64,000 nt of DNA. It comes from an uncultured Gammaproteobacteria bacterium (GTDB lineage Bacteria; Patescibacteriota; Patescibacteriia; UBA9934; CAZDDW01). The position numbers were made by a program, and so were the translations under genes. The stretch spans positions 686,595-750,594 of the forward strand of contig OZ246408.1 of NCBI GenBank assembly GCA_965231015.1. Direction: 5' to 3'. Positions 36,303 to 46,678 of this stretch are shown piece after piece. Positions within the stretch are counted from its first letter, which is position 1. Every line of letters starts with the position of its first letter. The notes under the pieces are model-generated. The model ran no database searches, had not been told where the DNA came from, and was given only the letters and a program-made list of their open reading frames with translations.

Positions 36303-37928
36303 TTATTTATTGGCTGCGGCTTCGATAAAAGCCTTGAATAATGGGTGTGGATTGAGCGGTCGGGACTTAAATTCTGGGTGGAACTGGCTGCCAACCATAA
36401 ACGGATGGTCTTTGACTTCAGCGATTTCGACCAGATCCTGGTCCGGGTTGATCCCAGCAAACACCAGGCCCTTTTCTGCCATCTGCTCTCGATATTTATT
36501 GTTGAATTCGTAACGGTGGCGGTGGCGCTCGGAAATATCTTTCTTGCCATATGCTTCAAAACTCTTAGTTCCCTCTTGCAGGGTGCAAGGATATGCTCCG
36601 AGTCGCATAGTGGCTCCGTAGTTGCTCTCGGCCATGTGCTTCTTTTGCTCTTCCATGATATGAATCACCGGGTGTGGCGTTTCAGGATTGAGTTCTTCTG
36701 AATTTGCTCCTTCAAGCCCACACATGTTTCGTGCAAACTCAATCGACAAAATCTGCATTCCAAGACACAAGCCAAGATACGGAATATTATTGATCCGAGC
36801 GTACTCGGCGGCTAAAATCATACCTTCGGTTCCGCGCGAACCAAATCCACCCGGCACTACGATTCCATCCACGTCGTCGAGTTCTTTCAACTTATTTGGA
36901 TCATTCTCATATTCTTCCGAATCTAACCAAACAATATTTGGCTTCCGATCATTAGCCCAACAAGCGTGGTTGATCGACTCAATGACTGAGATGTAAGTAT
37001 CCCGGCACGACTTCAAGTTAAAATACTTGCCTACGATTCCGATTGTTACCTCTTCGTTTAAACCTTTAAACTTCTTTACCAAATTCTCCCAATCCTTCAG
37101 TTCTGGTTTTCGAGACTTTAAACTCAAAGCCTCCAAAAGTTCCTCACCGAGATTCTGTTCTTCAAAAACCAGAGGAACCTCATAAATGAAATCTACATTT
37201 GGGGCTGAAACAATATGTTCAATTGGCAAACTACAGACATTGCTAACTGTTTGTTTAATATCATCGGTTACCGGCTCATCAGCCCGGCAAAAAACAAAAT
37301 CAGGAGATAAGCCGGCTGAGTTCAAAGTTCGGATTGCATATTGAGTAGGCTTTGATTTTTGCTCTCCAAGCAAACTTGGCGTTGGCAAAAAACTGACCAT
37401 CACAATCAGAACATCTTCTGGACTAGCAATCTTCATCATGCGTGCCGCTTCCAAAAACAAAAGCAACTGATACTCCCCAACCGTTCCACCAAATTCAGTC
37501 ACAACCACATCTGCTCCGGTTTTCTCCTGACACTCTTCAATGCGCCGAATAATCTCCTTGGGCACATCCGGCACCACCTCTACGTCTTCTCCGCCATATT
37601 CCAAATTACGTTCACGTCGAATCACTTCCTGATACACCTGCCCGGTTGTGATGTAATTGGTTCTAGTACACGTCTGTCCGGTAAAACGCTCATAATTTCC
37701 CAAATCCTGGTCTGCCTCCACCCCGTCTTCTCCCACAAACACTTCCCCGTGCTCGGCCGGTCGTATTGTACCGGCATCTACATTTACGTACATGTCACAT
37801 TTAATACTTGCAATATCATAACCACGTGCCTGAATCAACTTGGCAATCGAAGCTGAGGCCACACCTTTACCAACCGAGGACATTACACCCCCGACCACGA
37901 AAATATATTTAGGATTTGTTTTGCTCAT
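36303..37928 (-). CDS. pyrG: CTP synthase
   Basis: GGVMSSVGKG, KSKPTQ, PGGFG, GLCLGMQ, ERHRHRYE, QFHPEF. Confidence 0.97.
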   Translation of the reverse strand: MSKTNPKYIFVVGGVMSSVGKGVASASIAKLIQARGYDIASIKCDMYVNVDAGTIRPAEHGEVFVGEDGVEADQDLGNYERFTGQTCTRTNYITTGQVYQEVIRRERNLEYGGEDVEVVPDVPKEIIRRIEECQEKTGADVVVTEFGGTVGEYQLLLFLEAARMMKIASPEDVLIVMVSFLPTPSLLGEQKSKPTQYAIRTLNSAGLSPDFVFCRADEPVTDDIKQTVSNVCSLPIEHIVSAPNVDFIYEVPLVFEEQNLGEELLEALSLKSRKPELKDWENLVKKFKGLNEEVTIGIVGKYFNLKSCRDTYISVIESINHACWANDRKPNIVWLDSEEYENDPNKLKELDDVDGIVVPGGFGSRGTEGMILAAEYARINNIPYLGLCLGMQILSIEFARNMCGLEGANSEELNPETPHPVIHIMEEQKKHMAESNYGATMRLGAYPCTLQEGTKSFEAYGKKDISERHRHRYEFNNKYREQMAEKGLVFAGINPDQDLVEIAEVKDHPFMVGSQFHPEFKSRPLNPHPLFKAFIEAAANK

Positions 37929-37969
37929 AGTTAAATAATCTAAAAGCTGGAGACAATGCTCCAGCTGTT

Positions 37970-38419
37970 TTATTGGTTAGTTGATTCAACAGTGAGGCGA
38001 ATTGTGGCCTCGAAGCCGTGTGGCAGATTGACGAGCACCTCGCGCTCGCCGACTTCTTTGATTGGATCGGCCAACTCAACTGACTCAGCCGTGACATCAA
38101 ACTTGGCTTTCTTTAAAGCCTTGGCAATAATCTCTGCCGTAACTGCCGCGTAGAGTCCACCGTCTTCATTAGTCTTTTCTGCCATCTTTAGCTCATAGCC
38201 ATCCAATTTTTTAGCCGCTGCCGCTGCCGCTTTCATGGCCTTGTCATCCTTTTTGCTCTTTTGTTTCTTTTCTTGTTCCACTTTACGAATTGCCTCCTCG
38301 GTGGCCTGAACCGCTAAATTTTGTGGAAATAAAAAATTACGGGCATAACCCTCATTAACGTTGACCACTTCCCCCTTATACCCTTTTTTGGGCACATCTT
38401 TAAGAAGTACTACTTTCAT
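37970..38419 (-). CDS. rplI: 50S ribosomal protein L9
   Basis: MKVVLLKDV..G..VVNVNEGYARNFLFP. Confidence 0.96.
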   Translation of the reverse strand: MKVVLLKDVPKKGYKGEVVNVNEGYARNFLFPQNLAVQATEEAIRKVEQEKKQKSKKDDKAMKAAAAAAKKLDGYELKMAEKTNEDGGLYAAVTAEIIAKALKKAKFDVTAESVELADPIKEVGEREVLVNLPHGFEATIRLTVESTNQ

Positions 38420-38473
38420 ATTACTCAGCTTAATTCCGCGACCAGTATATCATATTTAGACAAAATGTCGAAC

Positions 38474-39235
38474 CTAGCGAATCAAGGGTGAAGCTGTAAA
38501 AATAAGGTCATTTTCCTCACTATCCATGGCTTGAAGATCCCTAAAAAGCAAAACAGCTCCAACCGCGGCGGCTGGTGGTACCAATAAATTAACCACCGGG
38601 ATAGTCAAACCTATAAATACAGCTGAACCAAATCCCAAAACGTACCATTTATGATGCAAACACCAGCGTAAACGATCATTGAAACGAACTCCGCGACGAT
38701 CAAAAACCAAATCCAAATATTCTAAGGCCAAAAATAACACTGCGGCCACAAAACCCACTACCGTATAAGTGACCATTCCAACCACAAAAGGAATAAACAG
38801 CATGATCAACAAAAAAACTTGGATCAGGGCAAACCAAGCCAATTTAGACAATGAATTTTTAAAAGAGAGAGCAATTTCTTTCCACCACGGTTGGTCAATT
38901 CTTGGAACCTCTTGATCGACTCCGCTACTTAAAGCCTCATAAAACGGCGCGGCCACGATTGATCCCACAGAAACAAACAACATGATCCCGAGAAACAAAA
39001 CCAAAACAGTAGCTGACCCAACTATCATGATGCTAATCAATGTGGCCCACCAAACTTCTGGCAGAGTCATGCCAAGCCAGTATGAGAGCAAGATCACCAC
39101 GACCAAAACCAAAAAAATCAACAACATCAGGTTAACCAAAGCCGGCACTACTAATAAATACCAACACTTACGGTGTTTAAATATATACTTGACACCGCGC
39201 CATAAATAGGCAAAACCCAGAAATACGTTACGCAT
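38474..39235 (-). CDS. EI24/CysZ-like membrane protein
   Basis: IVAAPFYEALS, EYLD, IPVVNLLVPPAAAVGA. Confidence 0.8.
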   Translation of the reverse strand: MRNVFLGFAYLWRGVKYIFKHRKCWYLLVVPALVNLMLLIFLVLVVVILLSYWLGMTLPEVWWATLISIMIVGSATVLVLFLGIMLFVSVGSIVAAPFYEALSSGVDQEVPRIDQPWWKEIALSFKNSLSKLAWFALIQVFLLIMLFIPFVVGMVTYTVVGFVAAVLFLALEYLDLVFDRRGVRFNDRLRWCLHHKWYVLGFGSAVFIGLTIPVVNLLVPPAAAVGAVLLFRDLQAMDSEENDLIFTASPLIR

Positions 39236-39812
39236 AATCAGGGTAACGTCGCTTAATAATCTTTAAAGCTTTTTTAATCATGGGCTTCATGTCATCATAG
39301 CTTGACTTCTCCAGGATTTTTTCAGACGGCACCCACATTCCTTTTTGAATATTCTCACCACGTTTTTTAGGTGGTGGAATTTTTATTCGAGCCGAAGGAG
39401 CAGCTTCAAACAAAAAATAATGAATGTATTTATGAATCAGGGCTCCTTTATGTTCGAAACGGTCACGGAACCAGATATCAATCTGGCCCAGCTTAGCCAC
39501 ATGTTCTAGCTCGCAAACCCCAATCTCTTCACAGGTTTCACGTTTTGCCGCCTCAATTAAACGTTCACCTTTTTCTACCCGTCCTTTGGTAAAAGTCTGC
39601 TTGCCATAAGCATCAATAATCATAGCGAAAAACACCCCTCGTTTATTTACCTTAAAAACAATACCGCCGGCAGAAACCTCTCGCCGACTTCGTTCCCTTG
39701 GTTTATTTTGTTTACCCTTAGCCCTCCCCTTCGGTTTGTTTACCGGTTTGATAGGCTTCAAAGTCTTGGAGGACTTCGATTGCTTTGGTAAATTGCGGGT
39801 CATGTCCGGCAT
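39228..39812 (-). CDS. NUDIX hydrolase
   Basis: SAGGIVF, Nudix box KGRVEKGE..EAAKRETCEEIG; start uncertain (overlaps ctpA end). Confidence 0.85.
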   Translation of the reverse strand: MPDMTRNLPKQSKSSKTLKPIKPVNKPKGRAKGKQNKPRERSRREVSAGGIVFKVNKRGVFFAMIIDAYGKQTFTKGRVEKGERLIEAAKRETCEEIGVCELEHVAKLGQIDIWFRDRFEHKGALIHKYIHYFLFEAAPSARIKIPPPKKRGENIQKGMWVPSEKILEKSSYDDMKPMIKKALKIIKRRYPDYA

Positions 39813-40977
39813 AAAAATCCTCAATTGGATACTCAATTTCAATATCTGGATTGATTCCTAATTCATTAATGGAACGGCCATTTGGGGTCAACCATTTGGC
39901 AACGGTTATTTTGACAGCTGAGCCATCTTTTAGTCCTTTAAAATCCTGGACAGAACCCTTACCGAAGGTGGTCATGCCAACAAGAATTGCAGCATCAAAA
40001 TCCTGCAGAGCACCGGCCACAATCTCTGATCCTGAAGCCGATCCTTCATTGATCAAGACCACTGTTGGCAATCCAGACAACCGAGCCAAGCCGTGTCCTG
40101 AAATAGTCTGACGTTCGTCTTTGATCTGTTCAATCACCACGGTCTGATTACCAAGCCAGGCACTTGAAACATCTATGGCCATACTTAACAATCCACCCGG
40201 ATTAGAACGAAGGTCAAGAATTACTCCGCTGACATCATGGGTCAAAATGTCTTGGATAGCCTCCTCAAAAAGCACGGCCGTGTCCTCATTAAAGAAATAC
40301 ATATTGACCACCGCAATCCCATCGTCCCGGAGCTCCCACTCAACACTGTCAATATTTATTTCATCGCGTACGATCACAATATCCTCAAGCTCTTCCAGCC
40401 CGTCACGGCTAATACTCAAAGTCACAGATGTCCCCTTTGGCCCACGAATACGCGAGACCGCTTCCTCTAAGGTCATGTCAGTGGTCTCTTCCCCATCAAT
40501 CAAATATATTTTGTCCCCGGGCTTGGCTCCCGCCTGTTCGGCAGGGGTACCAGGAAGTGGTGCTACTATTTGCAGTTGATCGTCCTTGATAGCAATTTCC
40601 GCTCCAATACCTTCAAAACTACCGGACAATTCTTCAGCAAACTCAGCCGCCTCTTCCGGATCAAAAAAGGTTGAATACGGATCATCTAGTCCTTCTAACA
40701 ATCCATCCATGGCCCCGTAAAAAAGCGAGGTTTCAGAAACCGGTTGTTCATAATACTGATCCTTGATCAAATCCCATACATCCCAAAACAGATTGAAATC
40801 AATATTTTTGCTCAAGTGAGCGGGGATCTCGCCCTGACCGGTCACCCGACCCTCACCCTCCGGAACGACTGAACGTAGCCCTTGTTGACGGCCAAAAATA
40901 AAACCAAAGTTAAAAGCCACCAGGACAAATACCACGAAAGTTAAAATTACCACTGATCTTGGAAATCGCTTGATCAT
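39718..40977 (-). CDS. ctpA: Carboxyl-terminal processing protease (S41)
   Basis: LDDPYS, PDZ GIGAEI, LDLRSNPGG, SASGSEI, TFGKGSVQ. Confidence 0.93.
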   Translation of the reverse strand: MIKRFPRSVVILTFVVFVLVAFNFGFIFGRQQGLRSVVPEGEGRVTGQGEIPAHLSKNIDFNLFWDVWDLIKDQYYEQPVSETSLFYGAMDGLLEGLDDPYSTFFDPEEAAEFAEELSGSFEGIGAEIAIKDDQLQIVAPLPGTPAEQAGAKPGDKIYLIDGEETTDMTLEEAVSRIRGPKGTSVTLSISRDGLEELEDIVIVRDEINIDSVEWELRDDGIAVVNMYFFNEDTAVLFEEAIQDILTHDVSGVILDLRSNPGGLLSMAIDVSSAWLGNQTVVIEQIKDERQTISGHGLARLSGLPTVVLINEGSASGSEIVAGALQDFDAAILVGMTTFGKGSVQDFKGLKDGSAVKITVAKWLTPNGRSINELGINPDIEIEYPIEDFYAGHDPQFTKAIEVLQDFEAYQTGKQTEGEG

Positions 40978-41145
40978 ACTATTGCTCTATTCTACCTTAT
41001 CTCGACATATTTCGCCAACCGTGACTAATTAGCTAAACTTTGCTAAACTAACCGCGTATGTCCTGTCGAAGCAACTGTGACTTTTCTTCAAGACAATGTC
41101 TTCCATGGGACAGTTCTCACTTAGTAAATTTGACTTTGACGGAAT

Positions 41146-42495
41146 ATGTTGAATTTTCGCATTCGGATCGGGATTGTGGTCATCTTTATTCTGGCCTTCT
41201 TGATCACTGCCCCACTTTTGGTGCTCTACACCGCTGGTTATCGCTACAATTTTACTACCAATTCCTTTGTTCAAACCGGTCTTTTCTATGTGACTACTAT
41301 TCCTAAGGGAGCAGAAATAATTATCAATGATGAATTACGTGACTATTCACCAGCCTTTATTAAAAATCTGGTGCCTGGCGAATACAAACTCACACTTGAC
41401 CGGCCCGGATACCATTCCTGGACAAAAACCTTACCGATCATAAGTCAGGAAACAACCTTTATCGAGGATGTTGTACTTTTTACTGATGAAGACCCAGTAA
41501 ATTTGGTGAGCGAAAAAATCGTCAGTGCGGCACAAAATCCTTCCTACTCAACCTTTGCGTATGTGATGAACCAAAGCTCCTGGTATGAAATCTGGAATTA
41601 CTCCATTGCTGATGATGAACAATCCTTGCTTTACCGCATTGCCGCAGATGATGATGTTGTTCTTGATCTTAGTTGGTCAGCCAGTGGTGAACACCTGCTA
41701 ATTGAACAAACCCGGGACAACGAAGCGTCATACACTTTAATTGACCGTTCTGGTGAAAACCGTTTTGATCTGGCTGAAAAAATCGGAAAACCAATCACCA
41801 AAGCCTGGTGGCACCAAACCGATAATTACGCCATTATGTTTACCACTGATGAAACAACAGAGGTCTACCGGATTCCGAGCAGTAGCACAACCAAGCTCTA
41901 TGATAAACCTGTTTTGGCTACACTGATTGAGGGTCATCCAATTTTGACCGAGGTGGTTGAGGACCAGTTGTCGATATTCAGTTTCACAAATGACCAAGGA
42001 GACATCATTGCCTACGTTCCACTTGGCCAATACGAAATTATTGCCTCCCCTGAGCCATATTTATTACTACAAGAAACCACACAAGACAAAATTGTCTTAA
42101 TCGACACCAGTACCCGAAATCAGCCGATTATTTTAAATGTGGACGGAAGAGGTGTTGAATGGGCTCCGGATGGAAGCAATCGGATGCTCTACTGGAGTGC
42201 ATTGGAAGTTCATGTTTACAACCCGGCAACACACACTGATGAGCTGATTACCCGAGTTGGCGAACCTGTCACTTACACAGCCTGGCACCCGCTTTCTAAC
42301 GCAATCCTATTTGTCCAAGACACCAAACTTAGTGCAATCGAACTTGATTGGCGAGATCAACGCAACGAAATTCTATTAGCAGAGGGGTCAAACTTCAATA
42401 ACCTCTTTGTAACCAAAAACGGCCGCCGGGTTTACTTTGCCGGGACCGTTGGACCTGATTCAGGAATTTTTGAACTGCAAATTTTGGAGCGATAG
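41146..42495 (+). CDS. Membrane-anchored PEGA-domain protein with beta-propeller-like C-terminus
   Basis: TM, GYR..QTG..TIPKGAEI..NLVPGEY..GYHSWTK. Confidence 0.75.
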   Translation: MLNFRIRIGIVVIFILAFLITAPLLVLYTAGYRYNFTTNSFVQTGLFYVTTIPKGAEIIINDELRDYSPAFIKNLVPGEYKLTLDRPGYHSWTKTLPIISQETTFIEDVVLFTDEDPVNLVSEKIVSAAQNPSYSTFAYVMNQSSWYEIWNYSIADDEQSLLYRIAADDDVVLDLSWSASGEHLLIEQTRDNEASYTLIDRSGENRFDLAEKIGKPITKAWWHQTDNYAIMFTTDETTEVYRIPSSSTTKLYDKPVLATLIEGHPILTEVVEDQLSIFSFTNDQGDIIAYVPLGQYEIIASPEPYLLLQETTQDKIVLIDTSTRNQPIILNVDGRGVEWAPDGSNRMLYWSALEVHVYNPATHTDELITRVGEPVTYTAWHPLSNAILFVQDTKLSAIELDWRDQRNEILLAEGSNFNNLFVTKNGRRVYFAGTVGPDSGIFELQILER

Positions 42496-42509
42496 ATTGC
42501 CTGCCGGTA

Positions 42510-42545
42510 CCCCACCTAACCTCCCCTTAGAGGGGAGGGATTTTT
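42510..42545 (+). repeat. Pyrimidine/purine hairpin (BoxC-like), possible terminator
   Basis: CCCCACCTAACCTCCCCTTAGAGGGGAGGGATTTTT. Confidence 0.5.
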
Positions 42546-42547
42546 GT

Positions 42548-42772
42548 TCCGCCACTTCGAGCACGACGGAGGTCAATGGACATTTTTGACCGACCCCGTC
42601 AGACGGGGTGACGAGAACTGTTTGAAGCTGAGTGTCTACCTTAAGAACAGACGGCGCGAGGCAAGTTTCGTAGTCAAGGTCATAAAATATTCATTATCTA
42701 CCTCCGGTGATCACAGAAAGACGGCCGGTTTCTTTTTTCTGGTTTTCTTTGCCGGCTCAAAGAAAACTGGGT
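42548..42772. repeat. Dispersed structured repeat, copy 2 (longer, with TTTCTTTG..CAAAGAAA tail hairpin)
   Basis: Aligns with 17129-17295; carries inserted palindrome ACCCCGTCAGACGGGGT. Confidence 0.85.
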
Positions 42773-42875
42773 TGAATCAAAAAGCACCGTAACAGAAAAC
42801 CGCCCCGCCAACGTATAAAACGTGGCGGGGTCCCGCCAGAGGCGGGAAACGGTGCCAATATTATATTTCTGAGCG

Positions 42876-44135
42876 TTAATCAGCTCGTTCGATATCGACG
42901 CCAACAGATTGCAACCGTTCGACCAAATTCGAATATCCTCGCTCGATCTGATAAATATTCTCAATCTCGGTTGTACCACGCGCGATCATGGCCGCAATAA
43001 CCATGGCAATGCCAGCCCGGATATCCGGGCTGATTAATTTTCGCCCATACAACTTACTTGGACCGTTCACTACTACCCGATGCGGATCACACATAATAAT
43101 ATTGGCTCCCATTTGAACCAACATATCAGTGAATAACAACCGACGTTCATAAATTGTTTCATGAACCACACAAGAACCATTAGCCCGAGTCATCAACACG
43201 GTGTAAGGCGATTGCAAATCAGTTGGGAAGCCAGGATACTCGTGAGTTCGTATTCCATAGGCCTTTATATCACCTGATGACTTTATATCAAGCCAATCTT
43301 CTCCGGTCTTCCATTCCACTCCGATTTTATTAAAGATGGTCAACAAAGATTCGATATGTGATGGATCGCAATTGGTAATTTTAAGAGCCGAACGAGTAGC
43401 CGCGGCCATGATTGCAAAAGTACCGGTTTCAATTCGGTCAGGCACGACATTAAATGTTCCAGCTTTCAATTTTTTCACCCCTTCGATAGTGATCGTCGGG
43501 GTTCCAGCTCCAGAAATCTTGGCTCCTTGTTCATTTAAATAATCTGCTAAGGCCTTGATTTCCGGCTCCATGGCACAATTCTTCAACACCGTGGTACCTT
43601 CTGCTAGCGTAGCTGTCATCATTAAACTTTCCGTTCCGGTCACACTGACAAGACTAAAGAAATACTCCGCACCTTTTAGTTTCTTGGCAGAAATTTCATA
43701 TGCCCCTTTGCCAATTTCAACCTTAGCTCCAAGTGCCTCAAAACCTTCCAAGAACAAATCGATTGGCCTGGTTCCAGCCCCAATCACACAACCGCCAGGA
43801 TGCGGAAAACGGACCTTGCCAAGCCGAGCCAAAAGCGGCCCCACAAACATGAGCGAAGTTCGAATCTTGTTGGCAAACTCTGGGTCTAGTTCATTTTTTT
43901 TCAAACCGTTATTATCAATTTCACAAGTTCCATTTTCACACTTCACCTCGAGCCCCAAGTCTTCGGCCAGCTCTAACATACGACGTACATCTTCAATGTC
44001 AGGCAAATTATTGATCGTCAGCTTCCCTTCACCAAGCAGGGCGGCCGGAATAATTTTTAAAGCCGAGTTCTTGGCTCCTTGAACTGCAATCTCACCTTTT
44101 AAATGACTCTTTCCTTTAATAACGTATTTGGACAT
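42876..44135 (-). CDS. murA: UDP-N-acetylglucosamine 1-carboxyvinyltransferase
   Basis: GAKNSAL, PGGCVIG..RPID, PDRIETGT, YPGFPTDLQ, DIRAG, IERGY. Confidence 0.96.
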   Translation of the reverse strand: MSKYVIKGKSHLKGEIAVQGAKNSALKIIPAALLGEGKLTINNLPDIEDVRRMLELAEDLGLEVKCENGTCEIDNNGLKKNELDPEFANKIRTSLMFVGPLLARLGKVRFPHPGGCVIGAGTRPIDLFLEGFEALGAKVEIGKGAYEISAKKLKGAEYFFSLVSVTGTESLMMTATLAEGTTVLKNCAMEPEIKALADYLNEQGAKISGAGTPTITIEGVKKLKAGTFNVVPDRIETGTFAIMAAATRSALKITNCDPSHIESLLTIFNKIGVEWKTGEDWLDIKSSGDIKAYGIRTHEYPGFPTDLQSPYTVLMTRANGSCVVHETIYERRLLFTDMLVQMGANIIMCDPHRVVVNGPSKLYGRKLISPDIRAGIAMVIAAMIARGTTEIENIYQIERGYSNLVERLQSVGVDIERAD

Positions 44136-44138
44136 AAA

Positions 44139-44861
44139 CTAATTTTTATTCTCCTTTTCCGCAATAAAATTACCGGCTGCAAGCAATGAATCAAACGTGC
44201 CAGCGTCAAACCACTTACCCTTCACTTGACGAACATCAAGTTCCCCCAGTTCCAGATACACGTTGTGCAAAGATGTGATCTCGATCTCACCGCGTTCTGA
44301 TGGTTCAACATTTTTAGCAAACTCAATAACTCGATTATCAAAGATATAGAGTCCCGGAATCGCATAGTTACTTTTTGGTTCTTTTGGTTTTTCCACGATC
44401 GATAGCACCTTGTTGTTTTCATCAAATTCAACCACCCCAAAACGTTCCGGGTCAGGAACTTCAATGGCAAAAATTCGCCCACCTTTTTCGAACGACTTAA
44501 TATCTTCTGTAAAGTCGTGCTCAAAGATATTGTCACCAAGAATCATGGCTACATCGTCGTCACCAATAAAGTTCTCGCCAACAATGAAGGCGTCTGCTAA
44601 ACCGCGTGGTGAGTCTTGGATTTCGTACGTTAATTTAACCTCTTCTCCAACTTCTTTACCACTGCCAAGTAAATTTAAAAATTGTCCAGCATAATCTGGA
44701 GCAATTATAATCAAAATCTCTTTGATCCCAGCATTAAGCAAAGTATAAAGTGGATAATAAATCATCGGCTTGTTATAAACAGGAAGAAGTTGTTTGGAGG
44801 TCATTTTGGTTAAGGGGCGCAATCGTGTGGCGTGTCCTCCGGCTAAAATAATGCCTTTCAT
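44139..44861 (-). CDS. rmlA: Glucose-1-phosphate thymidylyltransferase (short form)
   Basis: GIILAGG..TRLRPLT..SKQLLPVYNKPMI, EKP, RGEIEIT, WFDAGT. Confidence 0.93.
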   Translation of the reverse strand: MKGIILAGGHATRLRPLTKMTSKQLLPVYNKPMIYYPLYTLLNAGIKEILIIIAPDYAGQFLNLLGSGKEVGEEVKLTYEIQDSPRGLADAFIVGENFIGDDDVAMILGDNIFEHDFTEDIKSFEKGGRIFAIEVPDPERFGVVEFDENNKVLSIVEKPKEPKSNYAIPGLYIFDNRVIEFAKNVEPSERGEIEITSLHNVYLELGELDVRQVKGKWFDAGTFDSLLAAGNFIAEKENKN

Positions 44862-44872
44862 AAACTAATCTC

Positions 44873-45331
44873 TTACTTGTTTTCTTTCTCAAGAATCTTT
44901 TGAATTTCTTTTAGTGCGTTACGACCACCCTGACGCCATTCATCTAACTGATACTCCAACTGACGATGCTGAACCGCCAATTCATTTGCTTCATCTCCCA
45001 AGTCATCGCCTTCTGTTTCCAAAAATTCAGCAGCTCCAAGTTTTTTACTTAACCAATCCAACAATTCTCTGGCCTCCTTGATTATATCTTTTTCCTCTCC
45101 TTCAAGTTGACCTAGCCGTAACAATTCTCTACCACGCTGTACAAAACCCTGCAGGCCAGGCAAGGAATCAGTTGCTTCTTTGATATCCTCCAGGTACTTT
45201 TTTAGTTCTTCTAAATGCAAGTTGTCTAAAACATTTTCTTGTTCTATAAGTTTGGTGACCCCGTCTTTTAAATCACTTAGCTCGGCCTTTAATCCCTCTT
45301 TTTGTAATTCAGGTGATTCGTGTCTAGTCAT
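44873..45331 (-). CDS. Hypothetical acidic helical protein inside rml operon
   Basis: 152-aa ORF exactly filling the rmlD-rmlA gap; E/L/K-rich. Confidence 0.7.
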   Translation of the reverse strand: MTRHESPELQKEGLKAELSDLKDGVTKLIEQENVLDNLHLEELKKYLEDIKEATDSLPGLQGFVQRGRELLRLGQLEGEEKDIIKEARELLDWLSKKLGAAEFLETEGDDLGDEANELAVQHRQLEYQLDEWRQGGRNALKEIQKILEKENK

Positions 45332-45341
45332 AAATATAAAA

Positions 45342-46202
45342 TTAATTCTTGCTCTTATCTTGCCTTAATTTCATGTATTCGGCAAGCGCGTCCTGCCAAC
45401 TTCTTGCTGGCGGTAGTTTGGTGTTTTTCAACCAACTGCAAGATGGTCGAGCCGCCGGACGTGGGTAGAAACTTGTTGGAACAGGATTCAATTTAATGTC
45501 ATCTTGACCAGCCAGCTGAAAAATTTCTTTAGCAAATCCAAACCAAGTACAAGCTCCTTCGTTGGTACCGTGATAGATTCCCGGCTCATACCCTTCGACA
45601 ACTTCTCGAGTTCGTTTTGCTAGATCCGGAGCGTACGTCGGACTTGCCGTTTCTTCATCCACAAGATCAAGCTCGTTTTTATCTTCTGCAAGCCTCAAAA
45701 TCAAATCAACAAAACTTTCTTTTACTCCCTCGCCGGTTCCCATTTCACCAAAGATTCGAGACGGTCGAATGACATAGACCCGAGCGCCACTTGCAAGAAC
45801 TCGCACTTCGCCCTCGGCCTTGCTCTTAGCGTACTCTGAAATCGGATTCGGTTCGTCGGTTTCAATGTACCCATCTGACTTCGCCCCATCAAAAACATAA
45901 TCGCTCGTGTACTGTACGAACGGCACGTCAAGTTCCTTAGCAACTTCTGCAATATATCCTGGGGCTTCTCGATTTAAAAGATATGCGAGTTCGCGCCCTT
46001 CATCTTCAGCTCCGTCAACATTATTATAGGCCGCGCAGTTGATAATGAGATCAGGTCTCGCTTCGAGGATTTTTGAGCGAATCTGATCGGCGTTCGTAAT
46101 GTCACACTCTTCCCGGTCCCAAGCCAAAACCTCATGGTCTGAATACACTTTCACAAGTTCTGTTCCAAGCATTCCTTTGGCACCAAGGATTAGAACTTTC
46201 AT
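45342..46202 (-). CDS. rmlD: dTDP-4-dehydrorhamnose reductase
   Basis: GAKGMLG, NCAAYNNVD, SDYVFDG, YAKSK, SPTY, RP. Confidence 0.94.
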   Translation of the reverse strand: MKVLILGAKGMLGTELVKVYSDHEVLAWDREECDITNADQIRSKILEARPDLIINCAAYNNVDGAEDEGRELAYLLNREAPGYIAEVAKELDVPFVQYTSDYVFDGAKSDGYIETDEPNPISEYAKSKAEGEVRVLASGARVYVIRPSRIFGEMGTGEGVKESFVDLILRLAEDKNELDLVDEETASPTYAPDLAKRTREVVEGYEPGIYHGTNEGACTWFGFAKEIFQLAGQDDIKLNPVPTSFYPRPAARPSCSWLKNTKLPPARSWQDALAEYMKLRQDKSKN

Positions 46203-46204
46203 AA

Positions 46205-46678
46205 TTAATCAATCTTAAACTTAGAATCAGGGTCAGCCTCGTGTCGTATTTCGTCTACTTCTTCTTTCTTTCCCTCACCCGCATAGAGCTTATTTGCACA
46301 ATTCACTACCATGCCATCTTTTTCTCCTACATTTTTATATCCATGAACCACACCCGGCGGAATAATTGCAATCGCAAAATTGTTTTCACCAAGGTCGTGT
46401 GTTTCGTACTCACCGAAAGTTTCCGAGTCTGAACGGTTATCCCACAAGTGAAGCCGAAAAGTTGACGGACCAACAAAGCCAAATAAATCGGTTTGATACA
46501 CGTGCTCGTGCGGACCACGCGTTACTCCGGGTTTAGTTAACGAAACATACGTCATGACCGGTCGAACTTCCGGATCAATTTCGTCCGTGCGCCAAAGCTC
46601 GGACAACCACCCGCGTTCGTCTTCAAATTTCTTCAACTGAATGATTTCAACTCCGTTAATTTTGCTCTCGATCGACAT
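46205..46678 (-). CDS. rmlC: dTDP-4-dehydrorhamnose 3,5-epimerase family
   Basis: DERGWLSE, RGPHEH, IPPGVVHGY; start taken at MSIESK. Confidence 0.88.
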   Translation of the reverse strand: MSIESKINGVEIIQLKKFEDERGWLSELWRTDEIDPEVRPVMTYVSLTKPGVTRGPHEHVYQTDLFGFVGPSTFRLHLWDNRSDSETFGEYETHDLGENNFAIAIIPPGVVHGYKNVGEKDGMVVNCANKLYAGEGKKEEVDEIRHEADPDSKFKID

